From positions 6,834 to 70,833 of IMG/VR virus record IMGVR_UViG_3300025924_000004: a stretch of DNA of 64,000 bases; one strand, written 5' to 3'. The translations under genes and the position numbers were made by a program. This document shows, one piece after another, positions 30,357-39,719 of this stretch. How positions within the stretch are numbered: position 1 is the stretch's first letter; the number at the start of each line of letters is the position of its first letter. The stretch comes from a virus. Its lineage: Duplodnaviria > Caudoviricetes. The notes under the pieces were generated by a model. That model saw nothing but the letters and a program-made list of their open reading frames with translations. It ran no database searches and was not told where the DNA came from.

Positions 30357-30544
30357 TCAGCCATGCCCTCCATAAACCAATCGAATATTTCTTTGGCATC
30401 GGCCAATATTTCCTTTTTACCCGCCAAGTTTAAGTTTACATCGGACTCGTTCAGGTTTTCAGCAAGGTGTAATGCCTGCATCTTTGCTTCCAGTATTACC
30501 GTTTTACAAATACCGTAATAAGGTAGTTCTTTTTCTTCTTCCAT
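30353..30544 (-). CDS. hypothetical protein
   Basis: ORF directly downstream of leader B. Confidence 0.55.
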   Translation of the reverse strand: MEEEKELPYYGICKTVILEAKMQALHLAENLNESDVNLNLAGKKEILADAKEIFDWFMEGMAE

Positions 30545-30557
30545 GATTTTACCGTTT

Positions 30558-30668
30558 AAAAAGACCCGTCAGCCACGGATAAGACATAACTAAGCAATCA
30601 GTGATGAAAACACCGTAAAGACTGACGGGAATATTTTTGATTGGGTGTTTCATTATAACCTGATTGCT
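30558..30668 (-). promoter_or_regulatory. structured leader B
   Basis: 5' segment 30644-30668 complementary to 30593-30614, which lies in the loop of the CCCGTCAG/CTGACGGG stem (30565-72/30622-29); T5 follows on the minus strand. Confidence 0.6.
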
Positions 30669-30727
30669 GTTTGTAAATGTCGTAACTATTTCCCATATTT
30701 ACAAGAAAAAAACAAAAATATAAAACT

Positions 30728-30982
30728 ATGGGCAAGCTCATTTCAGTAACCGCTTACGTACTCGACTCAACAGCTTTTACGTCAGCATCGGTAATGGCCA
30801 TCAATGCAGACCACTTTTCACGGCCTGCACAAAACGCCACATTAGCGCAACGGCAGTCTAATCCTGCGGCATCAGCAAATATTAACACCGCTATTTATGC
30901 AAACTGGCCGTCTAACAACGAGGGAGAGAACCATATTATTTTAGTTAGCGACTCGCTGTCTACCATAGTTTCGGGTTCATAA
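30728..30982 (+). CDS. hypothetical protein (inverted single gene)
   Basis: 84-aa ORF, A-rich start context, hairpin downstream. Confidence 0.6.
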   Translation: MGKLISVTAYVLDSTAFTSASVMAINADHFSRPAQNATLAQRQSNPAASANINTAIYANWPSNNEGENHIILVSDSLSTIVSGS

Positions 30983-31038
30983 AAAATCCCGCTAATTACT
31001 TAGCAGGCGACCGTTCTTTGAAATAGGGAACGGATTTT

Positions 31039-31314
31039 TTATGCAGCAGGTTCAGTACTTACCGTAAAGCTCAACTGAAAGGCAGCAATAGCTTGCTGTG
31101 CCGTATCTAAGTCAGCCAAAGCCTGTGTCAAGTTAGCCAGCGTACTACCCTGTAAAGCGGCAAACGCCGTTTGAAAGTTAGCTACCGCTGTTTGCAGGTC
31201 AGCTACATTTGAGTTTATATCAATGGTTACTTTTTCCATCACTTTATATTTTTTTCCGTCTATTTTTACCCACACAATACCCCTTCGGTCATGCACCGAA
31301 TGACACCGCATCAC
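31039..31314 (-). CDS. heptad coiled-coil protein
   Basis: INSNVADLQTAVANFQTAFAAL heptads. Confidence 0.5.
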   Translation of the reverse strand: MMRCHSVHDRRGIVWVKIDGKKYKVMEKVTIDINSNVADLQTAVANFQTAFAALQGSTLANLTQALADLDTAQQAIAAFQLSFTVSTEPAA

Positions 31315-31592
31315 TTCTTTTTACTCCCTTGTAATCCTTTTTTAATCGCATCGCTGGCATCAGCACCATAGGTAGTGTTACCGTACCTATCCTTGCTTCC
31401 GGCTCCAACGGCCTTACCCCATCCCGCTCGATTTAAAGAGTCTACTCGCCTTTTTGCTACCGTGCCTCCCTTAACTAAAACCTTTTCTTCGGTATGTTTG
31501 GGTCTTTTAGCGGTTATCTTAACCTCCTTGAGCATTTTTGGTGCAGGCTGTGCAGCCTTTTTACCTCCGTCTTTTTTCTTTGCCATGCCCAA
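31311..31592 (-). CDS. small basic K-rich protein
   Basis: MAKKKDGGKKAAQP...; possible DNA-condensing protein. Confidence 0.55.
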   Translation of the reverse strand: MGMAKKKDGGKKAAQPAPKMLKEVKITAKRPKHTEEKVLVKGGTVAKRRVDSLNRAGWGKAVGAGSKDRYGNTTYGADASDAIKKGLQGSKKK

Positions 31593-31686
31593 ATCTAACT
31601 ACCTTATTCCGTATTTACAATAGGCGGTGTAAAATAGTAGTCTGTCTTTTAGTGAGGGGGACTATCCCCTATTCTGTAACCAAGAC

Positions 31687-31731
31687 ACCGGGGGTGGTAA
31701 CATACCCGGGGGGCTACCTACCCCCACCCCC
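31687..31731. other. G/C-run imperfect palindrome, candidate packaging-initiation site
   Basis: GGGGGTGGTA...CCCGGG...TACCTACCCCC in an AT-rich intergenic region at the head of the late operon. Confidence 0.35.
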
Positions 31732-31842
31732 TAACTTTTTGAACAGCACCAAAGCAACCAAACTGTTACTGCCCCGGTGAAGCAAAATAAACTGGTAACA
31801 GGGTGTTATAAGTATTACTTTTTGGAATGACCATGATAGTGG

Positions 31843-32415
31843 TTAAACCGTCTCATAACTCCAACCGTTTATATTATCTTTGGCGTATCGTGTTAATGTC
31901 TTATAATTAAAGCCAGTTGCTTTGGCAGCTTCATAACTTGAACCGTATCGTTCGCCACCATAACAATACCATCCTTTAAACTTCGGGTGTTTAGAGCCTA
32001 TTTTAGCCTCGCTCATTAACTTTCTTGTTGTTTGTGGTACTTCTCTACCAAAATTATAATGATCTTCACCTTGTGGCATCTTATGACCTAATACCTCAAA
32101 CCTGTGTTTATGGTTTTGGCTGTGTGTAACCCATTCTAGATTTGTCTCATAATTATTTAGCTTATTGCCATCGTAATGGTTTATCTCCGGCAGGTTGTCA
32201 GGATTGGGTATAAAATGCTGACCAACTAACCTATGCGCATACTCCCACTTGCCAGCAATCCAGTACATTTTATAGCCATCGGGTTTAACTGCTCCCCTTA
32301 CAATAGCTGTCCCATAACGCTTGATGATTGTTTCGTCGGTGCGTTTTAGTGTCCCATAATTACCAATCAGGAATTTATTATCCTGTTTGCAGGGTTTAAA
32401 TACTTCATTTTCCAT
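31843..32415 (-). CDS. HNH homing endonuclease
   Basis: YAHRLVGQHFIPNPDNLPEINHYDGNKLNNYETNLEW. Confidence 0.9.
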   Translation of the reverse strand: MENEVFKPCKQDNKFLIGNYGTLKRTDETIIKRYGTAIVRGAVKPDGYKMYWIAGKWEYAHRLVGQHFIPNPDNLPEINHYDGNKLNNYETNLEWVTHSQNHKHRFEVLGHKMPQGEDHYNFGREVPQTTRKLMSEAKIGSKHPKFKGWYCYGGERYGSSYEAAKATGFNYKTLTRYAKDNINGWSYETV

Positions 32416-32742
32416 GTTTAAAGATAACTATTATTCTGTTATGAGACAAATAAATTATTGGTTTGTTGGTATTAAAATGGCTTAAATGCGGCTGTTTGGC
32501 TGTTGAAAATGGTTTATCACCACCAACAAATTAGGTCAATGTCCTATGATTATACTTGGATTGATTGTGTATTGTTGCTTTTAACTATGACTTGTAAACT
32601 TAGTTTAGTATTTGTAAACAAAAGTGTTGGAGTAATTAGATAGTTATCTAACTGTTTAAATACTTGTTTCTTTCTGTGTGATACTATACTTTGTTTAGTA
32701 GGGCTAAACTTTTAGTCTTTTATTACTGTGGAAATATAGGCG

Positions 32743-32958
32743 TTATTCCGCTTTGTAAGGCACGTTTTCAGTCAACGTTAGGTTTAGGTTTAATGCTTCA
32801 CAATGATTGATTAGAGCGCCTAATTTGACGTTTGCGCCGTTTTCTACAGTTGCTACATACTGGCGTTTCTTGCCTATCTTGATTGCTACGTCCTGTAGGG
32901 TTAGTTTTAGCTCCTTCCGGCGGTTTTTTAATGCTCCAGTTATCTCATTTATTTGCAT
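32743..32958 (-). CDS. XRE-family HTH regulator
   Basis: LKNRRKELKLTLQDVAIKIGKKRQYVATVENG. Confidence 0.85.
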   Translation of the reverse strand: MQINEITGALKNRRKELKLTLQDVAIKIGKKRQYVATVENGANVKLGALINHCEALNLNLTLTENVPYKAE

Positions 32959-33088
32959 ACATAAAGGTAATTATTATATTTTGTAAATGCAAATGAAAAA
33001 TTAATTTGATTGATATTCAATTAGTTATAATAATAATGCAACTTTAGTATTGACAATTACGTTTTAGTAGTTATATTTATATTGTCAA

Positions 33089-33391
33089 ATGGATGACAGA
33101 TTAAAACTTAGCAAAATGAAATCCTTAAACGTTACCCACATCTTTGAAATTAACCGCTACAATGACTGTATAGCTATTGGTGAATGCAGGTTAATCGGAA
33201 ACTATTTCCGAGCTATTAGAAAAAACTTTAGTAATGGTAATGAATATATCGGTCCGTGGGTTAATTGGTCTAATCATACCGATTTGACCTATCTGTTTAC
33301 GGCCTTACCTGTTGGAGAACGCTTTACATTTACAGAAAACCCAATGGATTACGAAAGTGACGTTTGTCATAATGAGTCACTATGGGACTAA
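33089..33391 (+). CDS. early hypothetical protein
   Basis: first ORF after a TTGACA...TATATTTA promoter. Confidence 0.55.
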   Translation: MDDRLKLSKMKSLNVTHIFEINRYNDCIAIGECRLIGNYFRAIRKNFSNGNEYIGPWVNWSNHTDLTYLFTALPVGERFTFTENPMDYESDVCHNESLWD

Positions 33392-33404
33392 GATACTCTA
33401 AGTT

Positions 33405-33497
33405 CTGCTAAGTCTTAGCAGTCTGCCAGCGCGACACTCTTAGGGGTTCGCGCTTAAGGCAGTAGAAAACGATCTGTTTTCGCTTTAGTTCTTTGAA
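33405..33497 (+). promoter_or_regulatory. hairpin cluster plus boxA-like element
   Basis: CTGCTAAG-T-CTTAGCAG palindrome, long CTGCC/AGCGCGA hairpin, GAAAAC/GTTTTC hairpin, then AGTTCTTTGAA. Confidence 0.4.
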
Positions 33498-33588
33498 GGT
33501 GTCTCAATTAAGAGAAAAAATGTATAACCCTGTTAACTAAGGTAACGATGTGTTCGTGACACAAACAGGGGCTAAAAATCACAAAATT

Positions 33589-33867
33589 ATGAAAACACTT
33601 TGGAATATGTCAAACTACGGTAATGACTTAAAATTAACCCGTATAGATGCTCAAGATTGCTCACACAGCGGTCAATGCGATGACGATGTAAAGCGCATAA
33701 TGGCTAAACCATACGTAGCTAGACAATTAAAAAATATCAACCCCGACCAACTTATTAAAGAATTACGCGAGTATGGAGCATGGGATGATTTTGAATTAAC
33801 TAACCACGAAGATAATTTAATGCGTTGGACTTGGATTAGTGCTGGTGATATTACAGACCGCGACTAA
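33589..33867 (+). CDS. early hypothetical protein
   Basis: in-frame ATG with AAAATCACAAAATT context. Confidence 0.65.
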   Translation: MKTLWNMSNYGNDLKLTRIDAQDCSHSGQCDDDVKRIMAKPYVARQLKNINPDQLIKELREYGAWDDFELTNHEDNLMRWTWISAGDITDRD

Positions 33868-33877
33868 TCCCCCTACA

Positions 33878-33921
33878 GACTGTAACGGTTATCCTTTCAG
33901 GTTCGATTCCTGATACAGTCG
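33878..33921 (+). ncRNA. tRNA-like minihelix (acceptor stem plus T-arm only)
   Basis: GACTGTA/TACAGTC 7-bp stem stacked on TCAGG-TTCGATT-CCTGA. Confidence 0.6.
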
Positions 33922-33946
33922 CTAAAATATTTAAAACCACAAAATT

Positions 33947-34378
33947 ATGCAAACTACAATCAAAACTACCAAAAACTTTGACAAGCTGATAGAGGCTATC
34001 AAAGCCGGGCAACTGGAAAGTAATAATCAATTAACCTACATGATGTCATGCCTGAATAATAAGCCCGAACTAAAGGGATTAATAGACGAGGCTTTAGAAT
34101 GTTCAGAAGTTAGCCTCGATGCTGAACAGGTTCAAAAGGGCTATGATTGGCTTTTAAATCAGTGGAAAACCCCACGAGGCATGGAGCGCAAAAACAATCC
34201 TTTCGGCTACCGTGAACAAGACGCTATTACCAACTTTAAAACCATTACATTTTATGGTTACTATGATGCCGGGAATTATTACCGTTCATTCTATGTGCCT
34301 ATCTACTATGTTTCCGGCACTGATGGCAGCGGCTTTGAGTATTACGTATCAGGTGGTCAAATTTCAATAATAGGCTAA
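33947..34378 (+). CDS. early hypothetical protein
   Basis: 143-aa ORF, AAAACCACAAAATT start context. Confidence 0.7.
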   Translation: MQTTIKTTKNFDKLIEAIKAGQLESNNQLTYMMSCLNNKPELKGLIDEALECSEVSLDAEQVQKGYDWLLNQWKTPRGMERKNNPFGYREQDAITNFKTITFYGYYDAGNYYRSFYVPIYYVSGTDGSGFEYYVSGGQISIIG

Positions 34379-34469
34379 TACGCTTAACCCTTTACCCTAA
34401 CCTGTTAAACGAAAACGATACATTCATGATGTAAACAGGTTACTAATCAATAACTTAACATTTAAAATT

Positions 34470-34682
34470 ATGAAAAAAGATCACACTTACATGACCGTAA
34501 AGATTTTAGGCCTGCACTGGTCAGAATGTCCGCAAACTTACCTCGGTAACATTGATTGGAAAACGGCTGTAGATATAGCCAAACAACAGTCAGCCGAAGT
34601 CAGGCTTTGCCATAGTGCCGGATATAATAATCAAGGGCATTATATTCAACCCGATAAATATTACTCAAATCCTACGGTATGA
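34470..34682 (+). CDS. early hypothetical protein
   Basis: ORF, overlap-coupled to the next gene. Confidence 0.6.
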   Translation: MKKDHTYMTVKILGLHWSECPQTYLGNIDWKTAVDIAKQQSAEVRLCHSAGYNNQGHYIQPDKYYSNPTV

Positions 34683-34918
34683 ACTACGAACAGGCTGAAA
34701 TAATTTGGCGTGCGCGTCCGCTTGGATATGCTTGCTTTGTACTGGTTCACATCGTGTATGTGCTTCCGGTCGCTTACCTTACCTACAGGGATGGATTTAA
34801 CCATTTATGGGAACATGAAAGGGTTTTATATTATTGGGTTGCTTTCTGTATGGCCGGAGTTTGGTTTCAAATGTGGTGTCACAGAAGAGCAAAAACTATA
34901 CTTAAAAGAGGGTATTAA
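34679..34918 (+). CDS. small two-TM membrane protein
   Basis: two hydrophobic segments. Confidence 0.55.
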   Translation: MNYEQAEIIWRARPLGYACFVLVHIVYVLPVAYLTYRDGFNHLWEHERVLYYWVAFCMAGVWFQMWCHRRAKTILKRGY

Positions 34919-34919
34919 C

Positions 34920-35297
34920 ATGACAAACGACGAACATAAGGCGTATCTACAAAAACACACCGAAAACGGTGTATCTCTCTTTAATGAGATAATGAACATT
35001 GACGATAATATCGCTGAACTGAAAAAACAAAAAAGGCTGTTAATAAAGAAATACGCCCATGATAGCCATTTATTAAACGAGGGTGACAGGATTGAAATTA
35101 CTTGGCCTAATGGCATAACCGAAACGGTTGATATTTGCACACCTGGCGCTTCTAAGGTAATGCACGAACGCAACGAATACGATGTTGTGTATGGATACCG
35201 CATCCCTAACAAAGACGGTACACGTTCTAAAATAGGCGCGTTACGAACCTTGTGGCAAGGTCAGCTATTCGTCAATGGATATAAAAAATTAACCTAA
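34920..35297 (+). CDS. early hypothetical protein (probable start 34920)
   Basis: ATG right after the stop of the preceding gene. Confidence 0.6.
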   Translation: MTNDEHKAYLQKHTENGVSLFNEIMNIDDNIAELKKQKRLLIKKYAHDSHLLNEGDRIEITWPNGITETVDICTPGASKVMHERNEYDVVYGYRIPNKDGTRSKIGALRTLWQGQLFVNGYKKLT

Positions 35298-35308
35298 CTT
35301 TTCAAGTT

Positions 35309-35710
35309 ATGAAAACAATAAAGATAGAAATAGCGGATAATCTTTCACCGAAAGAAGAGGCTCTTGCAATTAGTAAACAGCTTGTGCAAAAGTCTTTGAC
35401 AACTGGCGGACAAAACAAAGACGTTAAACGCATAGGTACGCAAGTTGACGTTATTGACCTTAAAACAATCATTGAGATTGAAAGGATATCAACTGAAAAA
35501 CCCGTTACGATGCTTACTTGTAACGTTTGTGGCTGTGAATATCAATCCGATATGGCTAAACATTACTTCCATAACTACGGCGGTAACAGGACTAAGCGCT
35601 CTGTTTGCTCTGATAAATGTCGCGACTTTATGGTTGATATGTTCGGGGTTAGGATAGCTAAATCAGCAAGCAAATTACCCGCACCAATAAACTATTTTAG
35701 AAAATACTAA
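35309..35710 (+). CDS. zinc-finger protein
   Basis: CNVC...CSDKC. Confidence 0.6.
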   Translation: MKTIKIEIADNLSPKEEALAISKQLVQKSLTTGGQNKDVKRIGTQVDVIDLKTIIEIERISTEKPVTMLTCNVCGCEYQSDMAKHYFHNYGGNRTKRSVCSDKCRDFMVDMFGVRIAKSASKLPAPINYFRKY

Positions 35711-35783
35711 CTTTTCAAATAACATCTACTATTAATTCACCATTAATAACTCTTAAATATAACTAATTTAAATCAATAAAACA

Positions 35784-35939
35784 ATGGCAAAAAAAGAAAA
35801 TGTACGCAATATTCAACTCTCTGATTCGATAGTTGATTGCTTAATCAAAGAAGGACTGGATAAGGGCTTTAAAGGCTTTAAATCTTATGCCGAACACTTA
35901 CTGACTGAAATAGCTAAAAAATCAAAGTATGCAGCTTAA
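35784..35939 (+). CDS. 51-aa protein, possibly ribbon-helix-helix; not in the ORF track
   Basis: MAKKENVRNIQLSDSIVDCLIKEG...FKSYAEHLL. Confidence 0.45.
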   Translation: MAKKENVRNIQLSDSIVDCLIKEGLDKGFKGFKSYAEHLLTEIAKKSKYAA

Positions 35940-35951
35940 AAACATGTAAAG

Positions 35952-36125
35952 ATGAAAACATTTAATAAGGCACGTATAGAAAGTTTGATTATTAAATACG
36001 AAAATCAAGCCAAAGATTATCGCCAACATGCGGATGATTGTAACCCAATGGACTCCAATTGGTTCAAAGCTAAAGCCTAAATGCTCAAAATCGTAATTAA
36101 AGATTTAAAGCAAGCTATTAACTAA
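35952..36125 (+). pseudogene. small gene with in-frame TAA (36078-36080)
   Basis: ...NWFKAKA*MLKIVIKDLKQAIN*. Confidence 0.35.
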
Positions 36126-36452
36126 TTCACCCTATCACCCATAAATAAAAAACCACATGGAAATTTTAGAAATAAAAGAGGATTTTTGGGTCACATTTGA
36201 TGATTCAGATAATGATATTGAGTTTGAAATATCAAATTCCGAAACTACAGTACGTAAGTGGCTTAAAAGACAGGAAGCCCGTGAACTCTACGAGTTTCTT
36301 AAAAAGAAGTTTGACTTTTAACCTGTCAAAGAACTAAACTTAAATATAAGCAATAATTAGTTTACTTACAAATTTAAAAACCACAAAATAACAGGTATCC
36401 TTTCATTTTTTTACTGTTTTTATTTAGTATATTTGAATAAAAAAAATAAAAC

Positions 36453-37130
36453 ATGAAAAAAGATTATTCCCACTTAATTGGAGTAAAGAAGGATTTTTTA
36501 ACTCCGATAAAAATAGTGACAAAAATGTGCACTGGCGAACGTTGGAGGCGTACCTTCTTGGAATGCAAGTGTGACTGTGGTAATACATACCTTGCTCTTT
36601 GCTATATTTTCGACAAAAACAAGAGAAAGATATTTTCATGCGGTTGCAAACATGTGTGGGGAGGGGTGACACATGGCAAATACAATACCTCTGAATATCG
36701 CTCTTGGGCTGCGATGAAACAAAGATGCTACTCTCCTAAAAACGCTTATTATCATTTATACGGTGGTAGGGGTGTGTCTGTGTGTGATCAGTGGAAAAAT
36801 AGTTTTACTGCTTTCATAGAAGATATGGGACAAAAGCCAACCCCAAAACACACCATTGACAGAATTGATACAAACGGTAACTACGAACCCGGCAATTGCA
36901 GGTGGGCAACCGCTTATCAACAGGCCAACAATCAAAGAAATACTATTTTGGTAGAATTTAACGGCAAAACTCAAAGCACCTCTGAATGGAGTAAAGAGGT
37001 GGGCATTTCAAAAAATACGATATACACTAGAATTAGAAATGGGTGGACTGTAAAAGATACCTTAACAAAACCAATAACCTCACATAATTTAAAACCTAAA
37101 ATTAAAAAGAAATGGAAACACTTGAATTAA
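36453..37130 (+). CDS. HNH-type endonuclease
   Basis: CKCDCGN, YGGRGVSVC, HTIDRIDTNGNYEPGNCRWAT; own TATATTTG promoter. Confidence 0.85.
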   Translation: MKKDYSHLIGVKKDFLTPIKIVTKMCTGERWRRTFLECKCDCGNTYLALCYIFDKNKRKIFSCGCKHVWGGVTHGKYNTSEYRSWAAMKQRCYSPKNAYYHLYGGRGVSVCDQWKNSFTAFIEDMGQKPTPKHTIDRIDTNGNYEPGNCRWATAYQQANNQRNTILVEFNGKTQSTSEWSKEVGISKNTIYTRIRNGWTVKDTLTKPITSHNLKPKIKKKWKHLN

Positions 37131-37261
37131 TTATAAGAGAAGTAGCAATAAGTCTATTCTGCTGTGCTCTTTGTACCATGCTTCACTTTGGGTGGGCTAA
37201 TCGTAAAAGTATTGTTAATGAACTTAATTTAAAAAAAGGTTAAGGCTTTCACCCCCTTATA

Positions 37262-37291
37262 GACCAGCCCCTAAAAAAGGTTGGTTTTTTT
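37262..37291 (+). terminator. intrinsic terminator
   Basis: ACCAGCC/GGTTGGT stem plus T-run. Confidence 0.65.
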
Positions 37292-37326
37292 GTGCCTTTT
37301 GGGCGTTCCCCTGCGGGTCGCGCTTT

Positions 37327-37704
37327 TCAGGGCTGCGCTTCTCGAACAGTAACTAAGCGTCCGTTAACCATTTTTCTATTTCTTTTTTTAGGTATCCCCT
37401 TTGTTGGACGCCTTCCTTTTGCTTGGGCGTCCAGTACATTCTCTCGCTGTGTCCCCGCGAACAGATGAAATGGATTCACACAACGCGGATTATCGCATTT
37501 ATGTTAAACATTGAATTGATTAATGTCCCCAATAAATAGTTGGTAACTTACCCGATGTGCTTGGCACACTTTTTTATTAAAACGAAAAGCCCCGTAACCT
37601 GTGCCTATAATGCCCCTAATCCACTCCCAACAACCCGTTTCTGAATTAACCTCGTATCTCTCATTAAACCGTTCCATAGTTGGACGCCAAACATTAGATG
37701 CCAT
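37327..37704 (-). pseudogene. HNH endonuclease broken by a single in-frame TAA (37506-37504)
   Basis: QAHRVSY...[25 protein letters not shown] continues in frame to TGA at 37329-37327. Confidence 0.8.
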
Positions 37705-37721
37705 AATGCAATATAACTATT

Positions 37722-38288
37722 TTAATCGTTTAAACCAAGATATTTCTTTAATCTGTTTAACTTATTTTCGGGTATCAGGTGTATAAAAAGTTTCACCCGT
37801 TCAACTATTTTTGGGTATATTGGCATTTGTTTACGGGTGTCCGCGTCTAAGTGGTCGAAAGTATTATGGCAACTGCAATCACTAAAAAGAGCAACCCCCA
37901 TAAACGCCCGGTTTGACGGATGCGTGGCAACTTCGGGGAATAAACTTTTGGGCACAATATGAGCCGTAACACAGCGTTTAGCCCACTTGTTAAATGCGTT
38001 TAGCTTTTGGTTGCAGTTCTCGCATCTTTCGGGTACGTCTTGGCTCTCATACCATTTATCTAAATCGCTTTTGTTGTTTAGCCTTTCAACTGTTTTGGAC
38101 ACATTGCGTTTAAGGTGGTTTTTAGGCTCTACAATCAATTTTGGGTCAATTGTGGTGTATGTGTCCACCGGTAGCATAGAACGTTTATTACAGAGGCAGT
38201 AAAGCCCATCAGGGCGGATATTATTTAGGTACCATGTTTCGCCCTCAAAAATATATTCTTTTCCTCTCTTTGGTCTTGGGTTCATCAT
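37722..38288 (-). CDS. HNH-like/zinc-binding nuclease
   Basis: CENC...AHIVPKSLFP...CSCHNTFD. Confidence 0.6.
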   Translation of the reverse strand: MMNPRPKRGKEYIFEGETWYLNNIRPDGLYCLCNKRSMLPVDTYTTIDPKLIVEPKNHLKRNVSKTVERLNNKSDLDKWYESQDVPERCENCNQKLNAFNKWAKRCVTAHIVPKSLFPEVATHPSNRAFMGVALFSDCSCHNTFDHLDADTRKQMPIYPKIVERVKLFIHLIPENKLNRLKKYLGLND

Positions 38289-38851
38289 GAATTTTTTACT
38301 AATTTATCAATTCTGCCTTTGTGCAATCCCTGTAGTGTTAATAATTGTTTCTCAAGTTGGGCAAACTGTTTAATATTCAAACCTTTGTTTCTACTTAAAA
38401 CAACGTTAATAATCCTAATAACAATATCGGGTGCAAGAACGGTGATGTTTTTGGAAACATTACATCCCTGACAGGCAGTTATTAAATTATCCATAACCGT
38501 TAATCCTCCAATTACAATAGGGTTAATATGTTCTACGTTTAACTTAACCCCATCCTCAATTGAGGATTTACCACAATAAATACATCTAAATCCATCCCGA
38601 TGAAATATTGAAAAATCGCTCATTTTGGTTTTTTGCAATCGCGCCCTATTAAAAAGTGTGCAACACCTGTGCGAACAATATAGATTAGCGTCTGTAGTTG
38701 GCTGAAATTCATTTCCACAATGCAAGCAATTTTTTCTCTCTAAATTATTCCTTAAAGCCATTGATTTTCTATATTCTTTATAGCAATCTTTTGAACAATA
38801 CGTAGAAAGTGTCCATTTTTCTTGGCAATTTAAACATAACTTCCTTCCCAT
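38285..38851 (-). CDS. HNH endonuclease with N-terminal zinc fingers
   Basis: IFHRDGFRCIYCG...VEHINP..GG...NLITACQGCN. Confidence 0.85.
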   Translation of the reverse strand: MGRKLCLNCQEKWTLSTYCSKDCYKEYRKSMALRNNLERKNCLHCGNEFQPTTDANLYCSHRCCTLFNRARLQKTKMSDFSIFHRDGFRCIYCGKSSIEDGVKLNVEHINPIVIGGLTVMDNLITACQGCNVSKNITVLAPDIVIRIINVVLSRNKGLNIKQFAQLEKQLLTLQGLHKGRIDKLVKNS

Positions 38852-38860
38852 AATAAATTA

Positions 38861-38985
38861 ACTGGAACACGCAAAAGGCTTGTCAACAATGCCTATGAAG
38901 GATGGTTGCTTCTGCGCGTCCAGTATATTCTAAATATGTAAATCTGTTGTCTGCATAAACATTGTTAACAAGCGATATAAAGATA
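38861..38985 (-). promoter_or_regulatory. promoter plus structured leader C
   Basis: TATCTTTA at 38985-38978; 20-nt segment 38954-38973 pairs with 38878-38897, in the loop of hairpin 38861-79/38908-24. Confidence 0.65.
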
Positions 38986-39070
38986 AGAAAAATATTTTTA
39001 TCAATCAATAGCGTCACAGACCAAAACCTGACCGTTCTCTAAATCCCTTTCAACCCAAACAGGTTTTCCA

Positions 39071-39457
39071 TCATGCAGGAACTGCGTCCCCCGTTTCAAT
39101 TTCGTCATGGCTTACTAATGCTAAAATTTCCTCTACCTTATGCTTAAAAAACTTGTTAGTGTCCATTAAGTCTAAAACTGTTTCCTTTGCGTAAATTACC
39201 GTGCTGTGGTCACGCCCCCCGAAGTACCGCCCTATCTCTTTTAAACTGGCGTGTGTTTTTAAGGTTAAAATATACATGGCTATTTGCCGGGCTTCCACTT
39301 CGTGCCTGTATCGGCCTTTACTGGTTGCCATTAATAAGTCCACGCCCAAATAATCAAATACGGTTCGGGTTATTGCCCCGGCTTCGCCTATTGGTAGCTT
39401 GTACCTAAACTCTAATTGAGTATCGAAGTCAAGTCCGCAATAAATATTAGCATCCAT
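39071..39457 (-). CDS. stand-alone DnaA C-terminal (domain IV) HTH protein
   Basis: ARQIAMYIL...SLKEIGRYFGGRDHSTVIYA. Confidence 0.85.
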   Translation of the reverse strand: MDANIYCGLDFDTQLEFRYKLPIGEAGAITRTVFDYLGVDLLMATSKGRYRHEVEARQIAMYILTLKTHASLKEIGRYFGGRDHSTVIYAKETVLDLMDTNKFFKHKVEEILALVSHDEIETGDAVPA

Positions 39458-39494
39458 AATTGTTTAAAGGTTAGTATTGTATTTGTTGTAAAGT

Positions 39495-39719
39495 TTAAAT
39501 AAATGGGTCAAATAGTCGCTTAAATCGCTTATAGTCGTTGCTTAGTTCAAATTGTTCGCCGCCATCAATTAGTTCTTTGATCTGATTTGTTAAATCTTCT
39601 CCCGCTTTATTTTTAACCGAAAACCATTCACCAAAAGGTAAATTACGCAATTTTTTAATAGTTTCTAATATTTCAGAATGGGGCTTTTGCATCAAAATCA
39701 TAGTTCGGTTCAAGTTCAA
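39495..39719 (-). CDS. hypothetical protein
   Basis: ORF in the replication operon. Confidence 0.5.
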   Translation of the reverse strand: MNLNRTMILMQKPHSEILETIKKLRNLPFGEWFSVKNKAGEDLTNQIKELIDGGEQFELSNDYKRFKRLFDPFI

